A stretch of 64,000 nt of DNA from NCBI GenBank assembly GCA_000002445.1, contig CP000071.1, positions 2,144,001-2,208,000 on the forward strand, read 5' to 3'. The notes under the pieces are model-generated. The model had not been told where the DNA came from, searched no databases, and saw only the letters and a program-made list of their open reading frames with translations. This DNA comes from Trypanosoma brucei. Lineage: Eukaryota. The position numbers and the translations under genes are program-made. This document shows, in pieces, positions 63,555 through 64,000 of this stretch. The first letter of the stretch is position 1. Each line of letters starts with the position of its first letter.

Positions 63555-64000
63555 ATGACCAGCATCAAGACCAAGTCGCCAACGTCAGTCACTTATCCTC
63601 GGAATGATCATGGCAGCGCAGAAGTTGTGAACCCAAATCCTGAGGCACCCCTTTCCCAAAATGAACTAAAGAATAGTGGTGGTTGCTTTGCCAGGGTGAG
63701 TTTATTTATGGCAACTATCATCCCACCGGGAGGTATCGCCGCAAGCGCCTTCAACATTGCCGCTTCATCTGTTGGTGCCGGTATCATTGGCTTGCCTTCT
63801 GCCGCCAACAGCAGTGGGCTTGTGATGGCGATGATTTATCTTATTATCATTACGGCAATGTCTGTGTTTACAATGCACAATCTCGCAGTGGTTGCTGATA
63901 AGACTAATGTGTACACGTACGAAGGAGTTGCCCGTGTCCTGCTGGGTCGCTGGGGTAAGTACTACGTAGCTGTGGTTCGTGCTTTCCATGGCTTTAGTGC
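63555..64000 (+). CDS. Amino acid transporter (AAT/AAAP family), array copy 6, 5' fragment truncated by window end
   Basis: Starts MTSIKTKSPTSVTYPRNDHGSAEVVNPNPEAPLSQNELKNSGGCFARVSLF. The region after TM2 (LAVVADKTNVYTYEGVARVLLGRWGKYYVAVVRAFHGFS) resembles copy 1 rather than copies 2-5. Confidence 0.8.
   Translation, partial: MTSIKTKSPTSVTYPRNDHGSAEVVNPNPEAPLSQNELKNSGGCFARVSLFMATIIPPGGIAASAFNIAASSVGAGIIGLPSAANSSGLVMAMIYLIIITAMSVFTMHNLAVVADKTNVYTYEGVARVLLGRWGKYYVAVVRAFHGFS

Larger units (their letters stand above)
50220..64000 (+). repeat. Head-to-tail tandem array of amino-acid transporter genes plus conserved intergenic spacers (unit 2495-2725 bp), at least 6 units, continuing past the window end
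   Basis: ATG-to-ATG spacing is 2566, 2495, 2725, 2725 and 2725 bp. Units 3 and 4 are over 99% identical across both CDS and spacer. The last unit is truncated by the window boundary. Confidence 0.95.

Overview
This window reads as a eukaryotic kinetoplastid (Trypanosoma-like) chromosomal segment rather than a prokaryotic locus. All credible genes lie on the + strand, are intron-free, and are separated by pyrimidine-rich, ORF-poor spacers. That arrangement fits one directional polycistronic transcription unit with trans-splicing and polyadenylation. The receptor-type adenylate cyclase, the tandem amino-acid-transporter array and the repetitive-antigen-like gene suggest an African-trypanosome (T. 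brucei-group) core chromosome, but species assignment from sequence alone is tentative.

Genes I can support, in order:
- alpha-kinase domain protein
- CDF/ZnT zinc transporter with a His-rich loop
- PAK1IP1/MAK11-like WD-repeat protein
- low-complexity hypothetical protein
- 1445-aa hypothetical protein
- small hypothetical protein (weak)
- HAD-IIA phosphatase
- divergent M1-family metallopeptidase
- enoyl-CoA hydratase/isomerase (crotonase)
- protein built from about 27.5 near-identical 87-bp tandem repeats (29-aa units)
- poly-Q hypothetical protein
- CorA/MRS2-like Mg2+ transporter flanked by about 180-bp direct repeats
- tRNA-dihydrouridine synthase
- RING-CH (MARCH-like) membrane protein
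- receptor-type adenylate cyclase (GRESAG4-like)
- a head-to-tail array of at least six amino-acid-transporter paralogues (five complete, one truncated by the window end)

I see no CRISPR array, no prokaryotic defence or mobile-element signatures, and no rRNA. I could not screen for tRNAs or other structured ncRNAs by eye. The most interesting structure is repeat-driven. The transporter array is mosaic (gene conversion), has two N-terminal variants and two classes of 3' flank. The 87-bp coding repeat looks concertedly evolved. A direct repeat brackets the CorA-like gene. No novel biological system is claimed.
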